Below are positions 26,469-39,741 of a stretch of DNA of 64,000 nt, one piece after another (position 1 is the first letter of the stretch; each line of letters begins with the position of its first letter). The stretch covers positions 157,668,001 through 157,732,000 of the forward strand of contig NC_086097.1 in assembly GCF_963921235.1 (NCBI RefSeq), given 5' to 3'. Under the pieces are notes generated by a model. That model saw nothing but the letters and a program-made list of their open reading frames with translations. It did no database searches and was not told the origin of the DNA. Made by a program: the position numbers and the translations under genes. Source of the stretch: Mobula hypostoma (taxonomy: Eukaryota).

Positions 26469-29400
26469 CTGAAAACAGAACAACAAGATCTTGATCTCTT
26501 GTAAGGTTTGGTATATCTGTGAACGTGTGGAAGAAAGTTCATCAAAGCAAATTGGATGGACCTGAAAATTCGATAAAAATGTAAACTGACTGAAGAGCAA
26601 CACTTCACAAAAAACTGATGAAAGGGAATAGTCCTAAATGAGTTTTAAACTGATTGTCCTACCTCGGCTGCAAAACAAACAAAAAATTATAATTTGCATA
26701 AATTAATCTCCCGATAGCATGTATTCTGTTACATGCAACTAAGTCATAAATGTCCATCTGAACCATAACCTGGATTAAGTTCATTCGAGTTACTGAGTGA
26801 GATGAAGTAAATATCAAAAGGTCTGTTCTCCTGATAAGCAACCACCAATCCATAAGCTAAAGTACAAACTTCGACCGCTAAATACATACTTGGTCAAAGA
26901 AGCCAATAATAACCTTCATTAGGCCTCACACAGGAGAATGGAATTTTTTTTCATCTTCTCATCAAAAATTTTCATCTGAATAGCTCATGACATCGTAAAG
27001 CATTTCATGGCTTCTGATTTTCGCTGGAGGGAAAGCATTATTATTGATGAGGAAACCTGAAAGTTTCCACAACCAGGCAAACCATTTATCGTTTAATGAA
27101 ATAAGTTTACAGACAAGTAATGACTAAGAGACTAGAAGAACTTACCGTGGAATGGAGTGTAAGAAGGGAGGATTAATTAGTGGCTCTCAATTCGTCACGC
27201 AAGGCTGATATTATTTAATATTTCACCCAAAAGACTGCACAGTCAACAGTGTTCTACTTCCTTAAGTCTATTTTGCTCACGGTTCTACAGTGATCTTCCT
27301 CCACTGACAAGGAGGGAAAAATACTATTATTATGCTGATAAATGTGAGAAATAACAAAATGGTCTGCACTTCAGACAGATAGCTTAGGAATATAACTGAG
27401 ATTGAACAAACTGGTACGCAAGTTCTAAAATCGATTCAGCAATAGTAATAAGCTGCATTGGGGTTGCTCACAGCCTGACTGCATGTAAGAACAAAGGTGT
27501 GCACACCTCCTGCACTGGAAGATTAGCGTAAATTTCCAATTCCTAAGGTTTGGATTTGGACAACACAGCCAATGGAATAATTAATATTTGGAAAGGCTCG
27601 ACCAGTCTAAATATGGTAAGGATCCTCAGTAGCATGGCAATCTATTACGTGGTAAGGTTTGAAAGAAAGCCTATCACCATCCAGCTAACCTTTGATTATA
27701 ATAGTAACATTCAACTAGCCCATGTCTGACTGGCCATTCTGTCAAAACATTATACTGACGACTTGTAGGTTCGTGCACACCTAATGCAGGGCTATCTCAT
27801 CTGCTGGATGAACACCAAAAACTGCAATAAAGAGATCATACTTGTAACTTTCATCCCTGGTCTCGTGATAGATTCCAATCCCTTTTTGCAGTGTTGCAGG
27901 GACTGATCAATATGTGTTTACTGGAACCATGGCAGACTGCACCATTTCTTCCAATTAGGAGTTAAACACTGGTAGCTTCAAGTCTCAAGAAATTTTATTG
28001 TTTTTTTAGTTCATTTTTATTCCTGAATCTATTTTCTCTACTCCAGGCAAAGACTATTCATATTTCAAAATATCTGGATTTCTACTAAATGTTCACTGGA
28101 ATTCAATTGTACTTTTTGTGGGTAAACTTCTCAAGCAGTTTCTTGAATCCTCAAAAGATTAATACAATGCAATAGGTACAGTATATGCAACTTATAGGTT
28201 ATAAATAATCAGGAACACGCTTACCAATACTTGAATTGGTTTCCAAGCACCAACCTTATCTAATGGTAATTCTCAACCCACATTTTCTAGTGGTTTGCTC
28301 TCTGAAGAACAGCATTTATTCTGTGATGCATGGTATCATATTGCTTAAAAATGTAAAGCATAATCTGTGAATAAACATTCACTAGCCTTATGGCTTTGAG
28401 AAGTGGGAAGCAGTTCCATTCCTAAATATTGCCAGGCTTAGTTCAAACGCAAGTTAATCCAAATCTTCTGAGTTCAGTTTAGCCTAATTTTGTTTGGCTG
28501 GACTCTTTTTGTATTCAGTGCACTGTTCAGTGCACACAAAACCAAAACCAAACAAGTACTAATGGAGATCCTTTGTGTCTTTGTGATTTGAATGCATAAT
28601 TTCAATCCTTTCAGACTGACTCTTGGTTCAATGGATTTGGGCAAAGTACTTGGACCAAGGCCCAAGGTGTTTTGTTCAGCTACTACAAAATAACAATTTA
28701 TTTGTTAATTTTTTTCCCCTACAGGAAGTGAGAACTTTGGTCTTGCATTGGAAGGACACATCTTTTGGAGCTAATTTAACATAAAAAGACAGAATAGCCA
28801 AGTCCAATGACGGTACTCAAATGAATTCAAAGCAAGAGCAAACAATAGTTCCCAATTACCTCTCCACTTGTCTCCTTTTTATGCTTGGTTTGCTCTTTTA
28901 CAATTCAGTCATTTCCTATGGGATTATCGTAAGAAAAGTATTTCTTCCTATATCAAATGGCTTCTGCTTGGCCAGCACTGGATGGTTGCCATTATTATCA
29001 AATCAAATAACTTATCCATGCAAACCATATTGGACGCAAGATCTTTATCCTGACAACTATGAATTGCAGTTCTCTGACTAAAACCCAGATTATTAAGTCT
29101 TTTATCAAGTCTTCAATCACGATCACCGATCATAGATGTTTCCTGTTCTAAGATTACCTTCCCAATCCTGATGCCTGCTACCGAGCTGTCACTTGAGACC
29201 CTGTTTTTTTTTTATTTTAATATAGGTATGAAAGACTGTGCTTTGTATATTGATTATGCTTGATTCCACAGAGGAGTTCTTTCTTGAATAATTGGCTAGG
29301 CTACACAGAATGCAAGTAAAATAATTATACCTAGAAGATATTCAGCCTAACAATATGTTCCTAAAGTGGTCCATATGCAATTTACTCTGGCTAAAAGAAA

Positions 29401-29784
29401 CCTTTGATAAATATGCTGTGATTCCCCTAAAATAATCAAACATTCTTGACAGCCCATTAACACATTTTATTAACAATGTAAGATTTACTTATCTCCTTGG
29501 GCTAACTGGCCATTCTTTCAGAAACTTAAACAAAGGAGCCATCATACCCCATTGTGCTCATTTCGGTCTACACTCATTCCAGCAACTATCAATCTTTTTC
29601 CAACAGGGCTAATTTTGCAGCTTCAGTTTGTGTTTTCACTATCACATCAAAAAGTTCATCCATGCACAGCAAACAGTATTTAGCTTCTTCTTAAATCCAC
29701 ATATCGATTGAGAGAGACAGTTGATGAGTTATTCCAGATGCTGATGTAAAGTACCACTGTTAACAGGCTAAAAGAATCGGTTGT

Positions 29785-32700
29785 AAAATGGAGGCGGTGA
29801 ATCACAGTGATGTTCTGTCGGCTACATACAATATTTCCAAATATATCTCTTTTGAATTACTTTCACTGCAATCTACAGCTTGCAATTTCCCTTTAAGCAA
29901 TGTACTTTTAAATCAATTTAATGAACAACAGATTTCACAGTCTTCTGAGGGACTTGGATTTAACACTCAAGAAAGCAAGAATGGCACATTTAAGCAGACC
30001 ATGGCCGGAAGTGAGGCAGGAGGGGGGACTCCAAACTAGACTGAAATGCAGAGGGATTTGGTCCCTTCTACCCAGAATCTTGTTAGCAAGTATGCAGTTA
30101 CTGCAGAAAAAGATTGAGGACCTGAGGTCAAGACTGCTGCGTGAAAGTGAAATGAAAAATTGTTGTGTTCTGTGTTTTACCGAGACTTGGCTTACTTAGC
30201 GTACACCAGATATGGCGATCAGACCCAAAGGCTTTTCAATACACAGGATCAACTGAACTGCTTATTCAGAAAGGGCAAAAGGTGGAGGTGTGTGTTTCAT
30301 GATGAACTCTTGGTGGTGCTCGAATGTGGCAGTTTTGTCATGCTCGTGTTCCCCAACCTTGAACACATAACAATCCAATGTAGATTATTTTATTTACCAA
30401 AAGAATTCCCCTATGTGATCCTGACCGCAGCGGCCGACTATAATCAAGCACTTGAGATACTGTACGATGCTGTCACCAAACATAAAACAGTCCACCTTGG
30501 CGTATTTCATATCATAGTCAGGCATTACAATCAGGCTTGGTTGAAGAAGTCCTTCACCTTTTACCATCAGCACAAAGCCGAAAGCACCAGAGGTTCGAAC
30601 ACATCAGACCACTGCTAAACAGTTCAATGCCCAGACCACATTTTGGGAAATATGATCAATTGGCTGCCCTTCTCCTACCTGCAGAGGCTAAACAGCAAGG
30701 CTCCAGAGATTAGAGCCACAAAGAGGTGGTCGCAGGAGGCAGAGGAGTGGCTATGGGATTGCTTTGAGTCAGTAGACTGGGCCATATTCAAGGACTCGAG
30801 GATCTGAATGAATACACCACGGTTGTCACAGACTTTATAAAAACAGTCATGGATGAGAGTATCCTCACAAAATCATTCACAGTCTTCTCCATCCAGAAGC
30901 CCTGGATGAGCCTTGAGATCGGCAATCTGCTGAGAACCAGATCAGAGGCATTCAAGTCTAGTGACCAAGGAGGTTACAAGAGGTCCAAGTACGATCTCCA
31001 GAAGCAACATCATAGGCAAACTGACAATTCCGGACCAAACAAATCAATGAAGGATGTTTGACAGCTGCGGGAGGGCTTCAATACAATCACCTCTTACAAA
31101 GTGAAATCAAATGACAATAAGGCTTCACTTCCAGATGAGCTCAATTACTTCTATGCTTGCTTTGACCATTAAACCATAGAGGAATCCACAGCCCCTGATG
31201 ATCTGGTAATTTCAGTCTCCGAACCAAAATGAGAGCATCCTGTAGGAGGGCGAACCCATGGAAAGCATCTGGCCCAGATGGGGTACATGGTCAGGTAGTA
31301 AAGACCTCTGCTGATCAATCGGATGGAGTGTTCACTGACAAGAGAAAATCTGCAGATTCTGGAAATGCGAGCAACACACACAAAATGCTGGAGGAACTCA
31401 GCAGGCCAGGCAGCACCTATGGAAAAACGTACAGTCGATGCTTCCGGCCAAAACCCTACGGCAGGTCTGGAGAAAAAAAGAAACAGAGTAGATTTAAAAG
31501 GTGGGGGAAGGGGAGAGAGAAACACAAGGTGATCGGTGAAACAGGGAGGGGGAGGGATGAAGTAAAGAGCTGGGAAATTGATTGGTGAAAGAGATACACG
31601 GCTGGAGAAGGGGGAGTCTGATAGGAGAGGGCAGAAGGCCACAAAAAAAAAAGAAAAGGGGGGAGTGTTCATTGAGATGTTTACCCTCTCTCTTTCAGAA
31701 TCTGGGTTACCCACTTGCTTCAGGCAGGCTTCCATTGTATTGGTGCCCAAGAAGAATGTGGTAATCTCCCTTAATGACTATCATCCAGTAGCAGTAACAT
31801 CCACAAGGATGAAGTGCTTTGAGAGATTGGTGATGAAACATATCAACCCCTGCCTGAGAAGCGACTTGGATCTGCTCCAATTTGCCTACTGGCACAACAG
31901 ATCCACAGCAAATGCCATTTCATTGGGTCCTCATTTAATGCTAGAATACCTAAACAGCAAAGATGAATACATCAAGATATTCTTTATTGAGTATAGCTCA
32001 GCCTTCAATCCTATCATCCCTTCAAAACTTATTAATAAGCTTCATGACCTTGGCCTCAGTACCTCGGTTTCTTCACTTGCAGATCACCATCAGTTTGGAT
32101 TGGCAACAACATTCCCTCCACAATTTCCATGTGCACACCACAAGGCTGTGTGCTTAGCACCCTGCTCTACTCTAAATATACTTATGAATGTGTGGCCAAG
32201 TACAGTCCCAATGCAATATTTAAGTTTGCTGATGTCACCTTCCGTCATTGGCCAAATCAAATGTGGTGACAAATCAATATTATGGAGGGAAATTGAAAAT
32301 CTGGCTGAGTGGTGCCACAACAACAGCCTCTCACTCAATGACAGCAAGTCCAAGGAGCTGATTATTGACTTCAAGAGGAGGAAACCAGAAGTCCATCAGC
32401 CAGTCCTCATCAGGGGATCAGAGGTGGAGAGGGTCAGCAACTTGAAATTTTTCTGAGCTGTCATTTCACAGGATCTATCCTGGGCCCAGCACGTAAGTGC
32501 AATACTGAAGAAAACATTGACAAACTTCTGTAGATGTAAGGTGGAGAGTATATGGACTGGCTGCATCAGAGCCTGGTATGGAAACACCAATGCCCTTAAA
32601 AATCCTACAAGAAGTAGTGGATATGGCCCAGTCCATCATATATAAAGCTTTCCCCACCATTGAGCTCACCTACTTGGACCATAGTTGCAGAAAAGCAGTA

Positions 32701-33085
32701 TCAATCATCAGCGACCCCCGCCGTTCAAGTCATGCTCCCCTCTCACTGCTGTCAGCAGAAACAAAGGTAAAGAAGCCTCAGGACTCACACTACCAGGTTC
32801 AGGAACAGCAATTACTCCTCAACCATCAGGCTTCTGAACCAGCAGCAATGACCACTCAACTTCACTTGCCTAGACACTGAACTGTTCCTACAACCAATGG
32901 ACTCTCTTTCAAGAACTCTTCATCTCACGTTCTTGATATTTATTGCTTATTTAGTAATTATTATTTATTTTTTCTCTCTTTTTGTATTTGCACAGTTTGT
33001 TGTCTTTTGCACACTGGTTCTTTCATTGATTCTATTATCGTTATTGGATTAATTGAGTATGCCCACAAGAAATTGAACCTCTGTT
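29785..33085 (+). mobile_element. Near full-length, frameshifted Rex1/Babar LINE (APE endonuclease plus RT) carrying an internal Penelope-type insertion
   Basis: Endonuclease start LPRILLASMQ...CCVLCFTETWLT (29921..30199); KPW (30849..); KASGPDG; RT LPTCFRQASIVLVPKK..LNDYHPVAVTS..MKCFERLV..DLLQFAY; C-terminal LNDSKSKELIIDFKR; Rex1 3' UTR. Ends approximate. Confidence 0.88.
31339..31661 (-). mobile_element. Penelope-type terminal fragment inserted into Rex1 with a 14-bp TSD
   Basis: Flanked by ggagtgttcactga (31325-31338) and ggagtgttcattga (31662-31675); contains aaaatgctggaggaactcagcaggccaggcagc and a degenerate hammerhead. Confidence 0.82.
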
Positions 33086-34370
33086 TTCATGACTGAGCCT
33101 CTTCCCAAATTCAATAGTTTTGTTGCCGCATTGTAAGACACAGTAAATGTATTCAATTGCCTCATCTCATTTATTTCTAAGCCTGCATCCTTTAGCTCTT
33201 CCCACATTGTCCTTTTCAAGGATATATCCAAAGGCTTATCAAACCCAGAATCCCTACCAGCTTAATTTAACATAGTTGCTCTATTCTAATTAATTCATTG
33301 CTGTGCTATTTAATAGAAATTCCAAACTTATTTTCTTTTCTTGGTGAAGTTGGTGATACCACCTTGCATCATGGAGGAATATTAATGTTGCTATGAACTT
33401 GAATAAAGATATTATGCAGCTGAAATGCCAGAACAAAATGTACCAATGCATGATCTAGTAGAGGAATGAGATAAGTACCTTAAAGTTTTGAATCACTGCA
33501 CACTACTCTACAGTTAGTCAAATGTTATTTGTGTCATGGATAGGCCATTTTGTCTCTAAAGGGTGTTATAGCATGTCCAGCCACAACATTAAATAGTCCT
33601 CCAAATAAGCTTATAATAATCTGCGTGCTGCTCTTAGCTGACAATGAACAATCTTTATCATTACATTGATGTAAAGAAAATAAGTAGATATTACATATTT
33701 CTAATATTGACAACATATTTTGAGAGAATATTTACTTTTATTTTTTACTATTTCTAATCTGAGCTGCTCAGAAGATATCATATTACCTTTCAAGATCAGT
33801 GCATATATGAGCAAGGCAAGTCCTTCCCAAAATAATGGTGACCTTGCAGCAGAACAAAATGAAATATGTGTAATGAACGCTGAAGATCAGGAACTATGGC
33901 TTTGCTAAATTAGGTAATGTCTGGGAATTTATGAGAATGCTATTCTTTGAACTCTGGATCTGAGGTGAAGTCCAGCACTGACTGAGTGAAAATCTCCTCT
34001 TCTCACATCTGTTAAAAGTTTTAAACAAAGCAAGTGAGTCATGTTTTAATTCTGCATTCATGGTAGAAATCTATAGAGTTCTGAAAACTAAGCACTTGGA
34101 ATTGTTGACATGGGGCATGGATTTGTCGCTCTGATAACATGTTGTTGATCTTGGGATTGGTGCACATTGCTGGGACAAACATAAAGGACAGAAGCATTGC
34201 ATCAAACCAATGTCATTCTTGACTTTGGGACTTGGATGCAATACAGTAAATTTCCCAGCATGGTCAAGGTTAAATACCTTGGTAAGTCACAAGTACAGGA
34301 TAAAATTAAGAAGGTAATTGGTGAAGGCAATGCACAGCAACAACAAGTGTTTCCATTAGTTTAAGCAAAC

Positions 34371-34535
34371 CTGGACACACTGCTGAATTGTTGCATAGTC
34401 TCATTTCTCGCAGAGGTCCACTGCACGAGGTGCCATATGGAGATGATACACAGGATCTCATCCGGGTCTGTGTACCCTGCCCACAAGTCGAAGAACAGAC
34501 AGTCCAGGCGGACCATTCCTCTGCTGCAGGGTCGC
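34371..34535 (-). CDS. ADGRB1: ADGRB1/BAI1 exon, thrombospondin type-1 repeat (equivalent to human TSR2)
   Basis: Minus strand ttttcag|GC GAC CCT ... TGT CCA G|gtttgc; 165 nt, phase 1-1. Translates (G)[54 protein letters not shown], matching the BAI1 DPAAEEWS...[16 protein letters not shown] repeat. Not in the ORF track. Confidence 0.95.
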
Positions 34536-36269
34536 CTGAAAAAGAAGATTCATTTGATTGTTACTCGGTTATGGCTTTGTTGCTGTGCGGCCTTCTTGTT
34601 ATTGCCGATCACAATGAATGATGTTAAACAGATTATGACAAAAATGCCAGTAAAATAGTTTTAAAAGAACTGTATGCAAGGCGAAAAGGCAAAGCAGGTG
34701 AGGATTATGGGGAATTGCGTGAGAATGGGGGAAAGCAAAGTAAGAGGACTGCAGGATTGCTGCAAACGGGTAAGAATAGGCAAAATGAAATGCATTGCTG
34801 GCCACATGCTAGTAAGAGTGTTTGGAAGTATAATCGTATACAGTGCGGGTGTGAAAATTATTTAGACCATGCTGTGAGTCAATATGAATTCCAGTTGAAT
34901 GAAAGTGAACTGCTTGCTAAAAACAAGAATACCTCTAAAATATGTGCTTTCAGATCGTGCAAACTTTGCCTTAGTTTGGCAGAACTATTATAGGCATGCT
35001 TCTGAAATGGAGATTCTTTTTTGTAGTCACTTTCCAAATGTCTAATGTTTCAAAGTAGAAAAAAATGAATTGGTGGTTATCTTATTGTCCTCTCAATGCC
35101 TTGATGTACAATGACACTTGATGGCAGAATGCTATTAGTGCCCTATTCTCTCTCTATTATAACAGTGGCAAGATGTCCAATGTAGACAACTCAGGTTTGT
35201 TCTATTAAAGTATTAAAGTACAACTCAGACATTTAAATGCATTCTGGTGCTGGCAATTCAACTTGGTTGTAAATTAGCTGCAGAGTGAAAATCAATGTTT
35301 CTTTTCTGGGAGGCTGCCTTAAATAAGACATGGTATTTGCATCTTATGAAATAGCATCTTGGGTTCAAGGAAGGTTTGAGACATTCAGCAGGATGACAAA
35401 TGCCATCAAACCAATGAATAACAACAGGAATGGAGGAGATGCATTCGGGTGCTGAAGCACCCAGGTCAGTAAACTGGGAGCAGCATCCTGTTTGTGGCTT
35501 AACCATTGAATTGTGCGATTTGAAGTCTCATGTAGACAGCAGATGCTCCTTTATGTGGAGCTAAATTCCAGTTCATTTAAAATGTTCATCTCGACATATA
35601 AGTCACGTGAATTCAAATAAGGATCTGTTTTTATTTCAATAAAGGACTATTGATTGTATAGAAATAACAGAAAGTGGGATCATTTTGTGTGAGACGTGGA
35701 ACCCATGAGAATTAATGCATTTGATTAAACTGTCATGATAAAAAGCAAAGTCAAGGAGCAATTGTGATCTATTTCCTATTTTAAATATTTATTTTTATTA
35801 CTATCTTCTGGCCTGTTGAACGTATCCTCGCCTGTTCAGACTGGTGGCAAAATAATTTCCCTCTTTTTCCAAATGAACTTGAACCACTGTTCTCCATACT
35901 TATCCAGCAGTCTCAGCTAATTTCAGATTTCTAGCATCTGCAATACTTCACTTCCACTGAAGAGAATACTCATGTTCAGTTCCAAGGGGTTAAAAGTTGC
36001 CCTGGTTCTTTACTCCTTGTCCGTTTGGTCTCCTGCATTGAATAATTTAGCCCAGATTTTAATGAATATCTCTGGCATTTTTGAGACATTCTGAATGGTT
36101 TCATGACTGAAATAGACTTCGGTACAAATGAAGTCTGTTTTGATGTTAGCAGGGAGCTTGCATTTTCTCCTTGTGACAGTAAGGATTTCAACTGACCACT
36201 GTGGCTTTTTCCCCACATTCCAAAGCTGTTCTGGTAAGGGCGGCTACTAAAAATTGCCCTTGGTCTGTG

Positions 36270-36445
36270 ATGGCCAAGTCATTACATATATTTAATGATA
36301 GATTCTTGATTAGTCAGAGCATCAACGGTTACTGGGAAAAGGCGGAGGATGTGCGTGAGAGGGAAAGTCAGTCAGCCATGATGGAATGGTGGAACACACT
36401 CAATGGGCCAAACAGCCTAATTCTTCTCCTATATCTTATGGTCTT
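36270..36445 (+). mobile_element. CR1 3' tail fragment
   Basis: gatagattcttgattagtcagagcatcaacggttac...tcagccatgatggaatggtgga...gggccaaacagcctaattcttctcctatatcttatggtct. Confidence 0.7.
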
Positions 36446-37118
36446 TACTGTGGGGAGCATGGAATCAAAATGGAGTTGATCGTCTGATGGGAGAGAAGTA
36501 GTTGCACAGTGATACAGTGTGAAAGAAAGGGCAATGATGACTCTGCTGGGAGCCAGCATGGAGCCAACCTGGTGAACAGCATCCTTCAGTGTTGTAGTAA
36601 GTAACAAGGTCCATCATGATATTTGAGTTTTAACCTCATGCTTATTAAGTAAAATGGAATTCATCACTTTTTCATAAAGAATCTATTTTCAAATGTCGAG
36701 TCATAGCCACAATAATAACTATAAATGAGCATCCATAAAAATATTTCTAGGGATTGATTTATGGGACTTCAAACAAAGTGTTGGTATGCAAACATTGCTT
36801 AGTATCCATTATATTTTACCCAGCAAGATTTGACAATTTGTTAATTGACTGTAGGAAGTGCAGAACTTGTTTTATTGAGGCAACAGAAAGCTGGAGGAAC
36901 TGTCTTTGTATATAAAGACTTTATTTGTAGACGTGATCTGGTCCGAGGAGAGATAAGAATGGAAAATAGAATGTTATATTCACTATTGTAACTTGCATGA
37001 TGAGTGGATCTGCGGCTGATCTTTGCACCCTTCATTAAAACACAAAGCCATATCCTGAGCTGAACCAAGGGGTATTCTGATCTTGTTAACACATACAAAT
37101 TGTTGTGCAAACTCAGCA

Positions 37119-37252
37119 CCCTGATGAAGGGTCTTGACCCGAAACACTGACTCTTTCTTCCTCTCCATGGATGGTACCTGATCTGCTGAGTTCCTCCAGC
37201 ATTTTGTGTGTGTTACTCTGGACTGTCAGCACCTGCAGAACCTCTTGTGTTT
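37119..37252 (+). mobile_element. Penelope-type terminal fragment with hammerhead core on the plus strand
   Basis: cc-CTGATGA-agggtcttgaccc-GAAAC-actgactc...ctgctgagttcctccagcattttgtgtgtgtt. Confidence 0.8.
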
Positions 37253-38658
37253 CAGATCTTGCTAACGCTTCCAATTTAGGATGAATAGCTTTCCCTGCAT
37301 TATGAACTGAAGAATTCAAATCATATATTTGTGCTTGGATCCATTTTTTTTAGATTTCCAGTGTATTCTCAAATTTCTGGTTGAGTTGTCAGTGAACACA
37401 CATAAGGACATAACTAGATTGGACAAGAACTGAGGACCATGATGAAAGTACCTAGCATGGTATCAAAATTTTAATATTTTATGCTATGGACACATGTACA
37501 TCTCTCCTATCCTCTTAACATTTATTCAGCTCCAAGAATTCCACAAAAAAATCGAAGCAAGCAAGAGTCAAATACCACTGTTTTGAGACCCTATCAGACA
37601 TTATCACCTGAAGCTCCGTCACATTTATGTAGAGGTTCCAGCGGAGAGCAAACCATTAGTTTCTGATTTTTAGTATCTATTTTTTCCATTGATATTTGAG
37701 GATAAGATATACTTGAATTCTTGTGGTTCTAATGATACCCATGAAGAATAAAGAACTTAGAAAGCAGGAGCAAGATTAATCAATATTCCCCCTTAAGTTT
37801 ACACTCCTATTCAAAAAGATCACAGCTGATTGACACCGTGCACCATGTTCCAATCTGACATCCACGCCCTTTTAGTCTTTCACAGCCTTGGACCAGGTAC
37901 TTCCTGTTGAAGTTCACCCTAATGCTGATGCCATTTCCTGATCGTGTTTTTTGAATGTTGAAACTGGAACTTGAATTGCTTTATTAGTGTCACATGTACA
38001 GTGGTACAGTGAAAACCTTAGCTCGGATACTGTTGATACAGATCATATCATTACAAAGTGCATTAAGGTAGTACAAGGAAAAACAATAAAAGAATGCAGA
38101 TAAAAGCGCAACAGCTACAGAGAAAATGTAGTGCAGATAGACAATAAGGTGCAAGCTTATAATTAGGTAGATTGTGAGGTTGATGAATTAATTACTTACC
38201 AAAGGGAATTGCTTTAAAGAGGCATGACATACGCACTTCAAGATACATTCACATTTCAACCAAGCAGTGAATTAAGCTAAGAGTAGTGAAGCCAAAATAA
38301 TTCAAAGGGGCCCCTCTGATACTGATTTTAAATGTTAAAATGTCATTTACAATCATATAAACCACATTGCTGGAAACTCACTTCACAGATAGAAATTTCC
38401 TTGAACTGTTACTTACAACTCTTGGATCCCATGACTTTTGTAACACAATGCTCCTGCTGTTCACGGGGTTCTGGGGCCACCTGTACATTGTGCTTGGTAG
38501 ATGCTGGTATCTCCCCAGAGATTCATGCAGCATTGTTTCCTTCCCTGTGTGTTGACTTTTCTTATTCAATGCCATGAAGGAAGGAAAAACTATAACGACA
38601 CTGACCTACATACAGTATTTCTATAGGTCAGTGTGTAAATCTCATTGCCACTTCCAGT

Positions 38659-38672
38659 CCAGTAGGTGGCAG
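38659..38672 (+). promoter_or_regulatory. Candidate CTCF binding site
   Basis: CCAGTAGGTGGCAG matches the CTCF core consensus CCASYAGRKGGCRS; not obviously inside a repeat. Confidence 0.4.
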
Positions 38673-39741
38673 TGTTTATGAAGGGTATAGGTTGGATTTT
38701 AACAGGAGTAAACAGTTAATATCTTAAAGCAAATATGTCATCTTTTCACGATGATTATTTTGGCAATTTTTGATGTGGATGAGCACAAAATGTACAGGCA
38801 ATTTTGTATAACAAATTCAATTACTTTCTGAAAAAATGAATTTCTCTTCTTCACTGTCCTAAGTAGCTGAACTTTTATTTTGTCTCGTTTTATAGTATGC
38901 GAGGTTGAACATCATTTTTCTGAATTAGTGAGTGTGTCTTCTTGAGCTCAGATTCTGTACACACAGCCAATCTTCTTTTTCTTACTGTAGCTAAAGTTAT
39001 TATATCCACAAAGGTTTTTCAGATCAATTTAAATCAACATGACAAGAAGAAAAATGTATTACAAAGATAGGTAAAAGAAAGCACAGAAAGTAGTTTCACT
39101 GAAGCATGTGATTAACTTTTACTGGGATATATATTCTGCATTTTAAATTTACTAATGCTGTTTTTGTGCTGTTAATAGTTAGCTAGGTCAATTGTTGGCT
39201 CAGAAAGGATATAGTGATTTATCCAATTTCTATGACCAATAAACAAGCTTTGTTAACATTGATCAAATCATTAAGAAAGTGACTCCACTCTAGAGAATAG
39301 ATTTGGAAAATATTTGATTATGGATTTCGTCCAGGAATGTGATGTTCCTGTTTTTCCTTTTTATGTCCTTATGGCAAACCGTTTTCTCTGAAGCTCTTTA
39401 TTCACTCCGAAGTTCAGGAACATCATTCCAAGGTATTTAGTGACCTCCCTACCAATTCCTATCATTAATCAGACATCTAAATGGACAATGTACCCATGGA
39501 CATGACCTCACTGCCCTTTTTGCACTGCTTATTTTAACTTAATTATTTAATACATATACATGCACACACATAAAGTAACTCAGTTTTTTCTCTGTATTTA
39601 TTTATCATGTATTTCATTGTACAGCTGCCATAAAGTTAACAAATTTCACGACATTTGCCAGTGATATTAAATCTGGTTCTGATTTCTGAAGAAGCCTCAA
39701 TGTTTAAGTCAGCTATGAGTTTCACACATAAGGTAAACGTA

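Noticed and set aside
31578..32456. Longest ORF (292 aa) as a novel gene
   Set aside because: A chimera: the N-terminus comes from the inserted Penelope-type fragment and the rest is decayed Rex1 reverse transcriptase.
101..34535. Assignment to ADGRB2 or ADGRB3
   Set aside because: [39 protein letters not shown] and EIFRRAYY fit BAI1 best as I recall the paralogues; a phylogeny would be the formal test.
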